DNA from: Candidatus Nomurabacteria bacterium
GTDB taxonomy: Bacteria > Patescibacteriota > Minisyncoccia > Phycocordibacterales > SBAW01
NCBI GenBank assembly: GCA_020854065.1
Contig: JADZGF010000003.1
Location: forward strand, 96,913 to 160,912
Length of the DNA stretch: 64,000 bases
Direction: 5' to 3'
Shown: piece after piece, positions 16,670 through 24,684 of the stretch
Numbering within the stretch: position 1 is the stretch's first letter
Layout of the letters: every line of letters begins with the position of its first letter
Translations under genes and position numbers: made by a program
Notes under the pieces: generated by a model
The model's input: only the letters and a program-made list of their open reading frames with translations
The model's database searches: none
What the model was told of the DNA's origin: nothing

Positions 16670-17506
16670 ATGTCGGTGTTGGTCCGTAAAGCAGATGGCT
16701 TAACCGAGCCGTTTGCGCCACAAAAGTTGCTTGAGTCGCTGCATCGCGCAGGTGCCGAAGAGTCTTCCGCGCGCGAAGTGCTTGGTCGTGTTGAGCACGA
16801 TCTCTATCCGGGCATTACAACGCAAGAGATATATCGTCGCGCCTTTGGGTATTTGCGTGACCAGCGCAAAGGAGTCGCTGCCCGCTACAGCCTTAAGCGC
16901 TCAGTCATGGAGTTTGGTCCCTCAGGGTTTCCGTTCGAGGTATTCATCGCCGAGCTTTTGCGGACTGATGGATACACGGCAGTGACAGATCAGATCATCA
17001 AAGGCGCCTGCGTCGAACATGAGGTGGATGTGGTGGCAAAAAAGAAGAACGAGATTTTATATGTTGAAGCAAAGTTCCATAACGCACCCGCGTTTAAAAC
17101 TGATCTTAAGGTTACGCTGTATGTAAAAGCGCGTCTTGACGATATTGCAGCCGCTCGTGTTGCCACCAAAGCGAAAGGAGAAATGAAGGGACTTATTGTC
17201 ACCAACACCAAATTTACGGGACACGCAGTACGGTATGCGTCGTGCGCAGGTGTTGATCTTTTAGGTTGGGATGAGCCGCGCGGCGCAACACTGCATGAGC
17301 GTATTGTTGCCGCGAAACTCTATCCTGTTACTGCACTTACCTCCCTTACGCGCCGCGAAAAGATATCGCTTCTTGAAAAACAAGTCGTCCTTTGTAGTGC
17401 TCTTGCGGCAGACCATACAATTCTTGCAGGAATTGGAGTACACGGGGGACGTACCCAAGAAATATTGGACGAAGTGACCTCACTCTCCGGATGGGATAAG
17501 CCCTGA
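16670..17506 (+). CDS. ATP-cone domain fused to PD-(D/E)xK restriction-endonuclease-like (Mrr-cat-like) domain
   Basis: N-terminus MSVLVRKADGLTEPFAPQKLLESLHRAG...ITTQEIYRRAFGYL resembles the NrdR/RNR ATP-cone. Middle has TDGY...HEVDVVAKKKNEILYVEAKF (D…ExK nuclease core). Confidence 0.6.
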   Translation: MSVLVRKADGLTEPFAPQKLLESLHRAGAEESSAREVLGRVEHDLYPGITTQEIYRRAFGYLRDQRKGVAARYSLKRSVMEFGPSGFPFEVFIAELLRTDGYTAVTDQIIKGACVEHEVDVVAKKKNEILYVEAKFHNAPAFKTDLKVTLYVKARLDDIAAARVATKAKGEMKGLIVTNTKFTGHAVRYASCAGVDLLGWDEPRGATLHERIVAAKLYPVTALTSLTRREKISLLEKQVVLCSALAADHTILAGIGVHGGRTQEILDEVTSLSGWDKP

Positions 17507-17559
17507 TACAATAGATATAGTCGCTCGTTGGTCCGATTATTTATCTATATACGAATGGT

Positions 17560-18153
17560 ATGCAGGACACGGAGAAAGACAAAGAGAAGGCTGATTTATC
17601 ATGGACAAAACCAAGCTCTATTGTGGACGCGGTGACGGCAAAAACGTCTAGTGTACAACATGCAGAGCCGTCGGTAGCACGTTCTGTGGGCATATTTGCG
17701 GCAGGAGTTGTGGTGGGTGTACTTGTTGGTTGGGGCTTTTCCGTTATGAAGAGTGAGCCAGTCGCAACGAGTTTGAATGCTTCAGAAGGTGGGGCAGTGG
17801 CGCGCGCCGGCCTCTCCGTTGGTCCAAATGGCGAAGTGCAAGGTGCATTTGAAGTATCCGCTGAGCAGAAGGCGGGCAAAAAAGTTGTAATTACTCGTGC
17901 AGTGGTCAGTGCGCCTACGTGGATCGTGGTGTATGACTCAGTCGATGGTACGGTTGGTCGTGCATTAGGCGCATCGCTCTTTAGCCCCCAAAAACAAAGT
18001 GGCACGGTGACGCTTCTGCGCGCTACGGTTCCCGGTAAAAGTTATTTTGTAGGACAGGCTGTTGATAATGGGAATGGAACCTTCTCCATGAGTACCGATA
18101 CGCCGGTTATGGTGGGGGAAGAGCGTTTGTTACTTACCTTTACTGCCAATTAA
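17560..18153 (+). CDS. membrane-anchored hypothetical protein (single TM, extracytoplasmic Gly/Val-rich domain)
   Basis: TM helix IFAAGVVVGVLVGWGF then a probable beta-rich domain. No motifs recognised. Confidence 0.45.
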   Translation: MQDTEKDKEKADLSWTKPSSIVDAVTAKTSSVQHAEPSVARSVGIFAAGVVVGVLVGWGFSVMKSEPVATSLNASEGGAVARAGLSVGPNGEVQGAFEVSAEQKAGKKVVITRAVVSAPTWIVVYDSVDGTVGRALGASLFSPQKQSGTVTLLRATVPGKSYFVGQAVDNGNGTFSMSTDTPVMVGEERLLLTFTAN

Positions 18154-18161
18154 TATAAAAC

Positions 18162-18611
18162 ATGGATATGGAAACGAGTGTAATCATTGGAATGGTGTCT
18201 GCAACGGTGCTTGGATCACTACTTGGTCTTGAACGCTCCGTTTCAGGAAAGCATGCAGGTATGCGCACCTACGCATTGGTGAGTCTTGGTGCGGCACTGT
18301 TCTCCGCGGTGGGCGTTTTAGCATCGTATAAGCTTGCGTTATTTAGCGGCACTAATCCACTCCAGATTGCTGGTTCGGTTGCCATTGGTATCGGCTTTAT
18401 TGGCGCCGGCCTCTCAGCGATGCGTGGTGATCATGCGGAACTCACAACCGCTGCAGGTATTTGGCTTGCGGCAGCTGTCGGGGTTGCGTGTGGACTCGGC
18501 TTTTTTAGCATTGCAGTAGTCTCTACAGTACTCGGTATACTCATATTTTCGGTATTTACCCGTGTAGAGCATGCTATTTCTTCACGATACAGGACGCAGG
18601 GCGGAGAATAG
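18162..18611 (+). CDS. mgtC: MgtC/SapB family membrane protein
   Basis: VLGSLLGLERSVSGKHAGMRTYALVSLGAALF matches the MgtC N-terminal signature. Confidence 0.7.
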   Translation: MDMETSVIIGMVSATVLGSLLGLERSVSGKHAGMRTYALVSLGAALFSAVGVLASYKLALFSGTNPLQIAGSVAIGIGFIGAGLSAMRGDHAELTTAAGIWLAAAVGVACGLGFFSIAVVSTVLGILIFSVFTRVEHAISSRYRTQGGE

Positions 18612-18625
18612 GGTAAGATAGTTCG

Positions 18626-19477
18626 GTGAGCCAATACTACAAACCCAACCGCAATCCAGACTACAGTTACGGAGGAAGTAGATGGACCCTTTCGCGCTCA
18701 AAAATTGATCTCTTTCTAGAATGTGCGCGATGTTTTTATATCGACAATAAGCTTGGGGTGGCGCGACCACCTGGTTTTCCTTTTAACTTAAACTCAGCAG
18801 TCGATGCACTGTTAAAGAAAGAGCTTGATACGCATCGTGCCAATGGCACACGGCATCCGCTCGCAGAAGCGTATGGTCTTGATGCAATACCATTCAATCA
18901 CGAGCGTATGGATGAGTGGCGCGACGCACTGAAGCGAGGTGTCAAAGTATTCCACAAACCAACAGGACTCACCGTGCGTGGTGGTGTTGACGACCTATGG
19001 GTTAATCCTGCCGGAGAGATTATCGTTATCGACTATAAAGCGACGAGTAAAGATGGTCGTATTGAATCGCTTGATGAAGAATGGCATCGAGGGTATAAGC
19101 GCCAACTCGAGGTGTATCAATGGCTCTTGCGAGAGAATGGTTTTAAAGTCTCTGATATGGGTTATTGGTTTTACGCGAACGCTACGAAAGATCGCAATGC
19201 ATTCGATGCTCGACTCGACTTTGAGATGACGCTCGTGCCGTATAAAGGCAATGCTGATTGGGTTGAACCAACATTGATAGAGCTAAAGGCGTGCCTCGAC
19301 TCGGATGCGGTGCCAACAGCGGGGGCAGATTGTGACTATTGCCGATACCGTGAAGCGGCAGGTAAAGCGCTTCTTGCAACAGTGCCGAGGAGAGTCCCTC
19401 AGCCTGAGAAACCAGTAGTGCCACAGAGTAAGGCTAAGAAAATCGCGTATGAAGAAAAAACTGGACAGCTTTTCTAA
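18626..19477 (+). CDS. Cas4/RecB-like PD-(D/E)xK nuclease with Fe-S cysteine cluster (DUF83-like), not CRISPR-associated here
   Basis: IIVIDYKATSK (D-x-K), QLEVYQWL (QxxxY), N-terminal CARC and C-terminal C...CDYC cysteines. No cas genes or array nearby. Confidence 0.6.
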   Translation: MSQYYKPNRNPDYSYGGSRWTLSRSKIDLFLECARCFYIDNKLGVARPPGFPFNLNSAVDALLKKELDTHRANGTRHPLAEAYGLDAIPFNHERMDEWRDALKRGVKVFHKPTGLTVRGGVDDLWVNPAGEIIVIDYKATSKDGRIESLDEEWHRGYKRQLEVYQWLLRENGFKVSDMGYWFYANATKDRNAFDARLDFEMTLVPYKGNADWVEPTLIELKACLDSDAVPTAGADCDYCRYREAAGKALLATVPRRVPQPEKPVVPQSKAKKIAYEEKTGQLF

Positions 19478-19763
19478 ACCGCAAAAAGGAGTACCTACTA
19501 TTGCGCCGAGTGTGTTCGCAAAGCGTGTGTATGCGGTGGTGGCAAAAATCCCCAAAGGAAAAACCATGACGTACAAACAAGTTGCAGAAAAAGCAGGCAA
19601 TCCTGCTGCGGCACGCGCCGTGGGAACGCTTATGTCTCATAACTATGATCCAAAGATTCCGTGTCATCGTGTGGTGCGCAGCGACGGCAAAATTGGCAAC
19701 TACAACCGTGGTGGCCCTGCAAAGAAGTTTGAGCTTTTGATGATGGAAGGGTATCGCGTGTAA
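19449..19763 (+). CDS. MGMT-family (methylated-DNA--protein-cysteine methyltransferase C-terminal domain) protein
   Basis: NPAAARAVG...IPCHRVV with the active-site PCHR motif. Short single-domain form. Overlaps upstream gene by 29 nt; start uncertain. Confidence 0.65.
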   Translation: MKKKLDSFSKPQKGVPTIAPSVFAKRVYAVVAKIPKGKTMTYKQVAEKAGNPAAARAVGTLMSHNYDPKIPCHRVVRSDGKIGNYNRGGPAKKFELLMMEGYRV

Positions 19764-19768
19764 AAGGT

Positions 19769-20434
19769 ATGGAGGTAAAGTTAGAGCCGAGTTGGAAAGA
19801 GGCTCTGCAAGAAGAATTTGATAAGGAGTATTTTACGCAGCTCGCAGAGTTCGTACGCACAGAGTACACACAAGGAATTGTGTACCCACCTCCAAAATTT
19901 GTCTTTCGTGCCTTTGAACTAACACCGTTTGAGAAAGTAAAAGTAGTTATCTTAGGCCAAGACCCATATCATGGAGTCGGCCAAGCGAATGGGCTTTGTT
20001 TTGCGGTGAATGAAGGAGTGACGCTGCCGCCGTCTCTTCAAAACATTTATAAAGAGATTGAGTCTGATATAGGTAGTGCACCACACCGCGCTGGTGACCT
20101 TGAGCGATGGGCTGCGCAAGGAGTGCTACTCCTTAATGCAACCCTTACCGTGCGCGCTAAATTGGCGGGATCGCACCAAAATAAAGGATGGGAGCAGTTT
20201 ACCGACGCCGCGATTGCAGCACTCTCAGAGAAACGAGACGGTTTGGTGTTTATACTCTGGGGCAATTATGCCAAAGCGAAGGGCGCGCATATTGATCGCA
20301 CCAAACATTTGGTTATCGAATCAGCACACCCGTCACCCTTTTCTGCATACAATGGTTTTTTTGGCAGCAAACCATTTAGTAAGACAAACGAGTACTTAGA
20401 GAAGCACGGAAAAGAACCTATTACTTGGCTCTAG
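19769..20434 (+). CDS. ung: uracil-DNA glycosylase (family 1)
   Basis: VVILGQDPYHGVGQANGLCF and HPSPFSA motifs. Confidence 0.9.
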   Translation: MEVKLEPSWKEALQEEFDKEYFTQLAEFVRTEYTQGIVYPPPKFVFRAFELTPFEKVKVVILGQDPYHGVGQANGLCFAVNEGVTLPPSLQNIYKEIESDIGSAPHRAGDLERWAAQGVLLLNATLTVRAKLAGSHQNKGWEQFTDAAIAALSEKRDGLVFILWGNYAKAKGAHIDRTKHLVIESAHPSPFSAYNGFFGSKPFSKTNEYLEKHGKEPITWL

Positions 20435-20436
20435 AT

Positions 20437-22383
20437 CTACCAAATCTCTGCACGCTCCTTGGGATCTCGATATAGTTTGTCTCTTTTTTTAACCTCAAGC
20501 ATTTCAATAAACGGTGTGAAGTTTGAGAGTGGGTTATTGATGCGGAAGGATGCTTCGGCGTGTGGGTCGGTGAGTGCCGCGAGCTTTGCAGACTCAGGAC
20601 GGCGCAACTCGCGTTCCATCTGTGCGTAGGCAAGGAAGAATCGCTGCTCAGGGGAGAGTCCTTCAATATCATAGCGACCCGTCTTATCAAGATGTTTCTG
20701 ATAGGCATCCCATGCAATAACTAATCCTCCAAGGTCAGCAATATTCTCTCCCAAGGTAAGTTTGCCGTTCATATGCACTCCGGGCTCCACTTCGTGTTTG
20801 TCTGCCTGTGCAACGATAAGTTCTGCGCGCTTCTCAAACCGTGCACGATCATCTGCACTCCACCAGTTACGCAAATTGCCGTTGTGGTCATATTTTGATC
20901 CTTCGTCGTCAAAGCCATGGGTCATCTCATGGCCAATAACACTGCCAATACCTGCGTAGTTGAGTGCCGCATCAGCAACACTGTCGAAGAATGGCCACTG
21001 CAATATTGCTGCAGGGAAGACGATCTCGTTCATCGGAGGATTAAAATAAGCATTCACGGTCTGTGGCGTCATGAGCCACTCGTGCCTATCAATAGGGCGC
21101 CCGAGTTTACGCAACTCACGCTTGTGTTCAAACTCCGTTGCACGCAATACGTTGCCTGCATAATCATCCTTTTTAATGACGAGGCCTTTGTAGTTCTTCC
21201 AACGCTTCGGATATGCAATCTTGCGCTCCATAGCACGGAGCTTCTTGATTGCTTTCTTTTTCGTAGGACCACTCATCCACGACAAAGCTTTTATGCGGCT
21301 CTCATACACTGTAAATAGGTCGCTCACTAACTCGTCCGTAGCTTTCTTTGCTGCGGGAGGGAAGTGTTTGGCAACATATGCTTTGCCCAAGAGTTCGCCC
21401 AAGGTGCCGCCCGTGGCACCGAGTGCGCGGCGCCATAGCGGTTTCATCTTTTTGGTGCCGGCTAGTACTTGGGAGTAGAACCAAAAGTTTTCTTTTACAA
21501 ACTGCTCCGAAAGCATGCCTGCTGCATTGTTAAGCAGATGGAAATCGAGATAGGTTTGCCATTCAGAAAGCGGAATCTCTTTTAGCATCTGTGAGATCTC
21601 CTTAAAGAACTCAGGCTGGCCTACTAATACGTACGGAATTTTCGGCACACCAAGTCCAGTGAGGAAAGTACGCCACTCAATAGCAGGGGAGAGACGCTGC
21701 AGGGTTTTGAAGGTGTACTTGTGATAGATCTTATGTGGATCGCGCATATCCTCTTTCGGCATAGATGCTTTCGCAAGACGTGTTTCAATGCGCATGACCA
21801 CATCCGCAACGCGTGATGCCTCTTTTGCACTACCGCCACCAAGGCGCACGATGTTTTTAATGTGTTTTATGTAGGCAGTGCGAACGCGTACCTGCTCTGG
21901 TTTATCAAGCAGATAGTAGTCACGATCCGGCATACCCAAACCACCTTGCCAGAGAAACAATGCGTAGCGTGTTGTGTTCTTTAGATCTTGTTCAATCATT
22001 TCGCCCCACATGCCCCCAAGTCCTCTGCGGCTGAGTGTGATGAGGGTTTTCTGCAATTGAGCAGGCGTCTTAATGGCCGCAATCTCTTTACGGAGACCTT
22101 CAATTGGTTTAATTCCTTTTTTATTACGTAGCGGCATGTTAAGTGCTGATGCATACATATTTCGTATCTGTGCCTCTTTGGTTGTTTCAACCAAGGTTTT
22201 TAGTTGTAGTTCGGTATCGTATCGGAGCGTGATAAAGCTACCCCAGCGGGATTCCTCTGGCGGGATCTTTGCATTTTTCAGCCATGAGCCGTTGGCGTAA
22301 TGGTAGAAATCGTCCTCGGGTCGCACGCTTCTGTCTATGGCACTGGTGTCAAAACCCCACCCTTTTTTTAGTCTTTTCTGCAT
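20437..22383 (-). CDS. M13 family zinc metallopeptidase (PepO/neprilysin-like)
   Basis: VIGHEMTHGFDDEG (HExxH), ENIADLGG and NAYY motifs. Track start is TTG 22437; trimmed to ATG at 22383 (MQKRLKK...). No signal peptide. Confidence 0.85.
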   Translation of the reverse strand: MQKRLKKGWGFDTSAIDRSVRPEDDFYHYANGSWLKNAKIPPEESRWGSFITLRYDTELQLKTLVETTKEAQIRNMYASALNMPLRNKKGIKPIEGLRKEIAAIKTPAQLQKTLITLSRRGLGGMWGEMIEQDLKNTTRYALFLWQGGLGMPDRDYYLLDKPEQVRVRTAYIKHIKNIVRLGGGSAKEASRVADVVMRIETRLAKASMPKEDMRDPHKIYHKYTFKTLQRLSPAIEWRTFLTGLGVPKIPYVLVGQPEFFKEISQMLKEIPLSEWQTYLDFHLLNNAAGMLSEQFVKENFWFYSQVLAGTKKMKPLWRRALGATGGTLGELLGKAYVAKHFPPAAKKATDELVSDLFTVYESRIKALSWMSGPTKKKAIKKLRAMERKIAYPKRWKNYKGLVIKKDDYAGNVLRATEFEHKRELRKLGRPIDRHEWLMTPQTVNAYFNPPMNEIVFPAAILQWPFFDSVADAALNYAGIGSVIGHEMTHGFDDEGSKYDHNGNLRNWWSADDRARFEKRAELIVAQADKHEVEPGVHMNGKLTLGENIADLGGLVIAWDAYQKHLDKTGRYDIEGLSPEQRFFLAYAQMERELRRPESAKLAALTDPHAEASFRINNPLSNFTPFIEMLEVKKRDKLYRDPKERAEIW

Positions 22384-22429
22384 AATGAATTTGATAATAA
22401 CAGAACCTACCTTTTTCAGCAGTAAATTA

Positions 22430-22460
22430 TTGACCAAACATTAATTTCATGTTATTTTAC
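22430..22460 (+). promoter_or_regulatory. candidate sigma-70-type promoter for the HEAR-repeat/ParB-like operon
   Basis: TTGACC, 17-nt spacer, TATTTT. AGGAG SD sits 7 nt before ATG 22507. Confidence 0.3.
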
Positions 22461-22506
22461 TTCATAGGTAGAACGTTGAAAATTCTCACTTAATTAGGAG
22501 TAAGTA

Positions 22507-23583
22507 ATGCCCAGAAAGTGGAGCAAAGAGATTGTGGTCCGCCACATCTTAAAGCGACACCGGAGTGGCAAGAAGCTTAACTCCGGATACATGCAAACGC
22601 GCTGCGTTCCTCTCTATCAAGCAGGATGTCTACACTACGGGAATTGGCAGAAAGCCATAGAGGCTGCCGGGCTCAAATATGAAAATATAAAAATCAATAA
22701 GAGTCGGTGGTATCGCCCAAAGTGGAATAAAGAGAAAGTTGTCGTAGTTATTCGAAATCGATATAAGCGCAGTCTTCCTCTTAATTCAAACCATATTCAA
22801 ACAAGATTGGGACGATTATACGCCGCTGCTATTAAATATCACGGGAGTTGGCCTCAGGCTGTAGCCGCTGCTGGACTTGATTATGCGAAGTTCAGAAAAG
22901 TGACTATGCGTTACTGGTCAAAGAAGGCTATTGTAGCGGAAATCTTACGTCGTTCTGACACTAAGCTCTCTATTCGTGGCGGTGATGTTGCAAACGAAGA
23001 CCCAAGTCTTTATCGAGCGTCTATTCGACACTTCGGAAGGCGAGGGTGGACTAAAGCAAGGATGCTCGCTGGATTCCCGCCAATCGACCCTTCGCCACTG
23101 ATCATATGGAGTAAAGAAACGGTAATACAAGAAATCCTTCAGCTTCATGAAAATGGAGTCCCGCTCAATACGGGCGCACTCGGAGAAACGTATGGTTACA
23201 TTCGTAGCGCTGGCGAAAAACACTTTGGGTCGTGGGGGAAAGCCATTACTGCGGCTGGCCTCGATTATCTAACGATCTGCAAGAACAAACCGAGAGGCTG
23301 GTGGACAAAATCTCGTCTTATTCAAGCAATACAAAACTTGGATAAACAAGGTCTTCGTCTGAGCTCTAAAAGCATAAAGGAGTCTCATGGAGATATCTTT
23401 GGCTCTGCACTCTCTAAGTTTGGAAGTTGGAGTCAGGCAGTCGAAGCTGCAGGTATATCATATAGGCTTCATACGCGGGTATGGTCGACCAAGGCTTGGA
23501 TGCGTAGAATGCAAGAAGACGAATACAACATAACGCTCGAAAGAGCACAAACCCACGCAAAGAAACGAAGGAGAATTGCATGA
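22507..23583 (+). CDS. tandem-repeat protein (5 x about 65 aa) resembling homing-endonuclease-associated repeats (HEAR-like)
   Basis: Repeats share W-x-KE-vv--I--R---G-xLN...LY-AA---GSW--A--AAGLDY (e.g. YHGSWPQAVAAAGLDY, HFGSWGKAITAAGLDY, KFGSWSQAVEAAGISY). No catalytic domain. Confidence 0.55.
   Translation: MPRKWSKEIVVRHILKRHRSGKKLNSGYMQTRCVPLYQAGCLHYGNWQKAIEAAGLKYENIKINKSRWYRPKWNKEKVVVVIRNRYKRSLPLNSNHIQTRLGRLYAAAIKYHGSWPQAVAAAGLDYAKFRKVTMRYWSKKAIVAEILRRSDTKLSIRGGDVANEDPSLYRASIRHFGRRGWTKARMLAGFPPIDPSPLIIWSKETVIQEILQLHENGVPLNTGALGETYGYIRSAGEKHFGSWGKAITAAGLDYLTICKNKPRGWWTKSRLIQAIQNLDKQGLRLSSKSIKESHGDIFGSALSKFGSWSQAVEAAGISYRLHTRVWSTKAWMRRMQEDEYNITLERAQTHAKKRRRIA
22516..23460 (+). repeat. five tandem roughly 195-nt coding repeats (HEAR-like units)
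   Basis: Periodicity seen in the translation at aa 4-58, 72-126, 137-191 (degenerate), 200-254 and 266-318. Confidence 0.6.
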
Positions 23584-24620
23584 GCTTGCCGCAGTCGCTG
23601 ACTTCAATTTTGAAGCAGATGCCACGTATCCCGGTCAACAAGATCCGAGAAAACTTGGTTACGCTTCGAACTGAATACGAGCCGGAATCTCTCGGTGAGT
23701 TGGGGGATTCGATGGATGAGAAAGGTCAGCTACAACCCATTATCGTCCAACCAGCCAATGACGAAAATTATTTCGATCTCGTCATTGGTTCGCGCCGACT
23801 TCGGGCTGCAAAATCGAAAGGGCATCAAGATGTGGTCGCATATGTCATCGACAGGCGCGATCCCGTCGAGTTGCTCTTCATCGCTTTGGCCGAAAACCTT
23901 CATCGTCGTGATCTGAATCCTTTTGAGGAGGCGCAGGGCTTCCTGCGGCTCATGAAGGAATTCAATCTCGATCTGAAGGCTGTTGCTAAAGGAGTTAATA
24001 AGCCTGAGTCCCATGTCCGCAGTCGTCTCCAGCTGCTCAGTATGCCGGAGGAAGTTGTGGAGATGGTTGCGGAACACCAGCTTCCGATCCATCATGTTCG
24101 AACACTTGCACGGCTGCCAACTGGCGAAGGTCAGGTTCGGCTCGCTCGATCGGCGGTTGAGAATCGCCTCAGTCAATCAGAACTGAGTGCACAAGTACGA
24201 CAGGAGCTCTCCGAACCACCCCGTAAGGAGCGGGAGTCCCATGAACTTACGCCTGTAAAGCTGCAAGCTCGGGTTGGTGAGTTCGTCACCTTCCTACAAA
24301 AAGTGCCGCGCCGTCTTAACTTGCGTCGCATGAACGCATCTGAAAAAACAAGCCTGGTAAATTGCTTGCAATCTTTATCAGATGAAGCCCGGGCACTCCT
24401 GTCTACTGTAAAGGATGCAACATCACCTGCTGCGAAGACGCACCCGAACCTTACAAGAAGCCATACTGACCCAAATAATCACGGTCAGGAATGGACAATT
24501 CAGGATCTCAGGAGAATCCACGCGAAGCGTCGACCGTCTGATGGAGAACTTGCAGTTGAACTTGGTCGCACTGTTGGTGCGATAAAAGTAATGAGAAGTC
24601 TGTCAAAAGACAGAGCATAA
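23580..24620 (+). CDS. ParB-like nuclease (ParB/Srx N-terminal) domain protein with HTH and unknown C-terminal region
   Basis: IIVQPANDENYFDLVIGSRRLRAAK...ALAENLHRRDLNPFEEAQGF is the ParB N-domain signature. ATGA overlap with the upstream gene (translational coupling). Confidence 0.65.
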   Translation: MSLPQSLTSILKQMPRIPVNKIRENLVTLRTEYEPESLGELGDSMDEKGQLQPIIVQPANDENYFDLVIGSRRLRAAKSKGHQDVVAYVIDRRDPVELLFIALAENLHRRDLNPFEEAQGFLRLMKEFNLDLKAVAKGVNKPESHVRSRLQLLSMPEEVVEMVAEHQLPIHHVRTLARLPTGEGQVRLARSAVENRLSQSELSAQVRQELSEPPRKERESHELTPVKLQARVGEFVTFLQKVPRRLNLRRMNASEKTSLVNCLQSLSDEARALLSTVKDATSPAAKTHPNLTRSHTDPNNHGQEWTIQDLRRIHAKRRPSDGELAVELGRTVGAIKVMRSLSKDRA

Positions 24621-24627
24621 AAACACA

Positions 24628-24657
24628 GGGTCCCGTACGCGGGGCCCTTTTTCTTTT
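24628..24657 (+). terminator. rho-independent terminator
   Basis: GGGTCCCGTACGCGGGGCCC followed by TTTTTCTTTT. Confidence 0.7.
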
Positions 24658-24684
24658 GTAAAAAATGTTGTATTTTGATACTCA

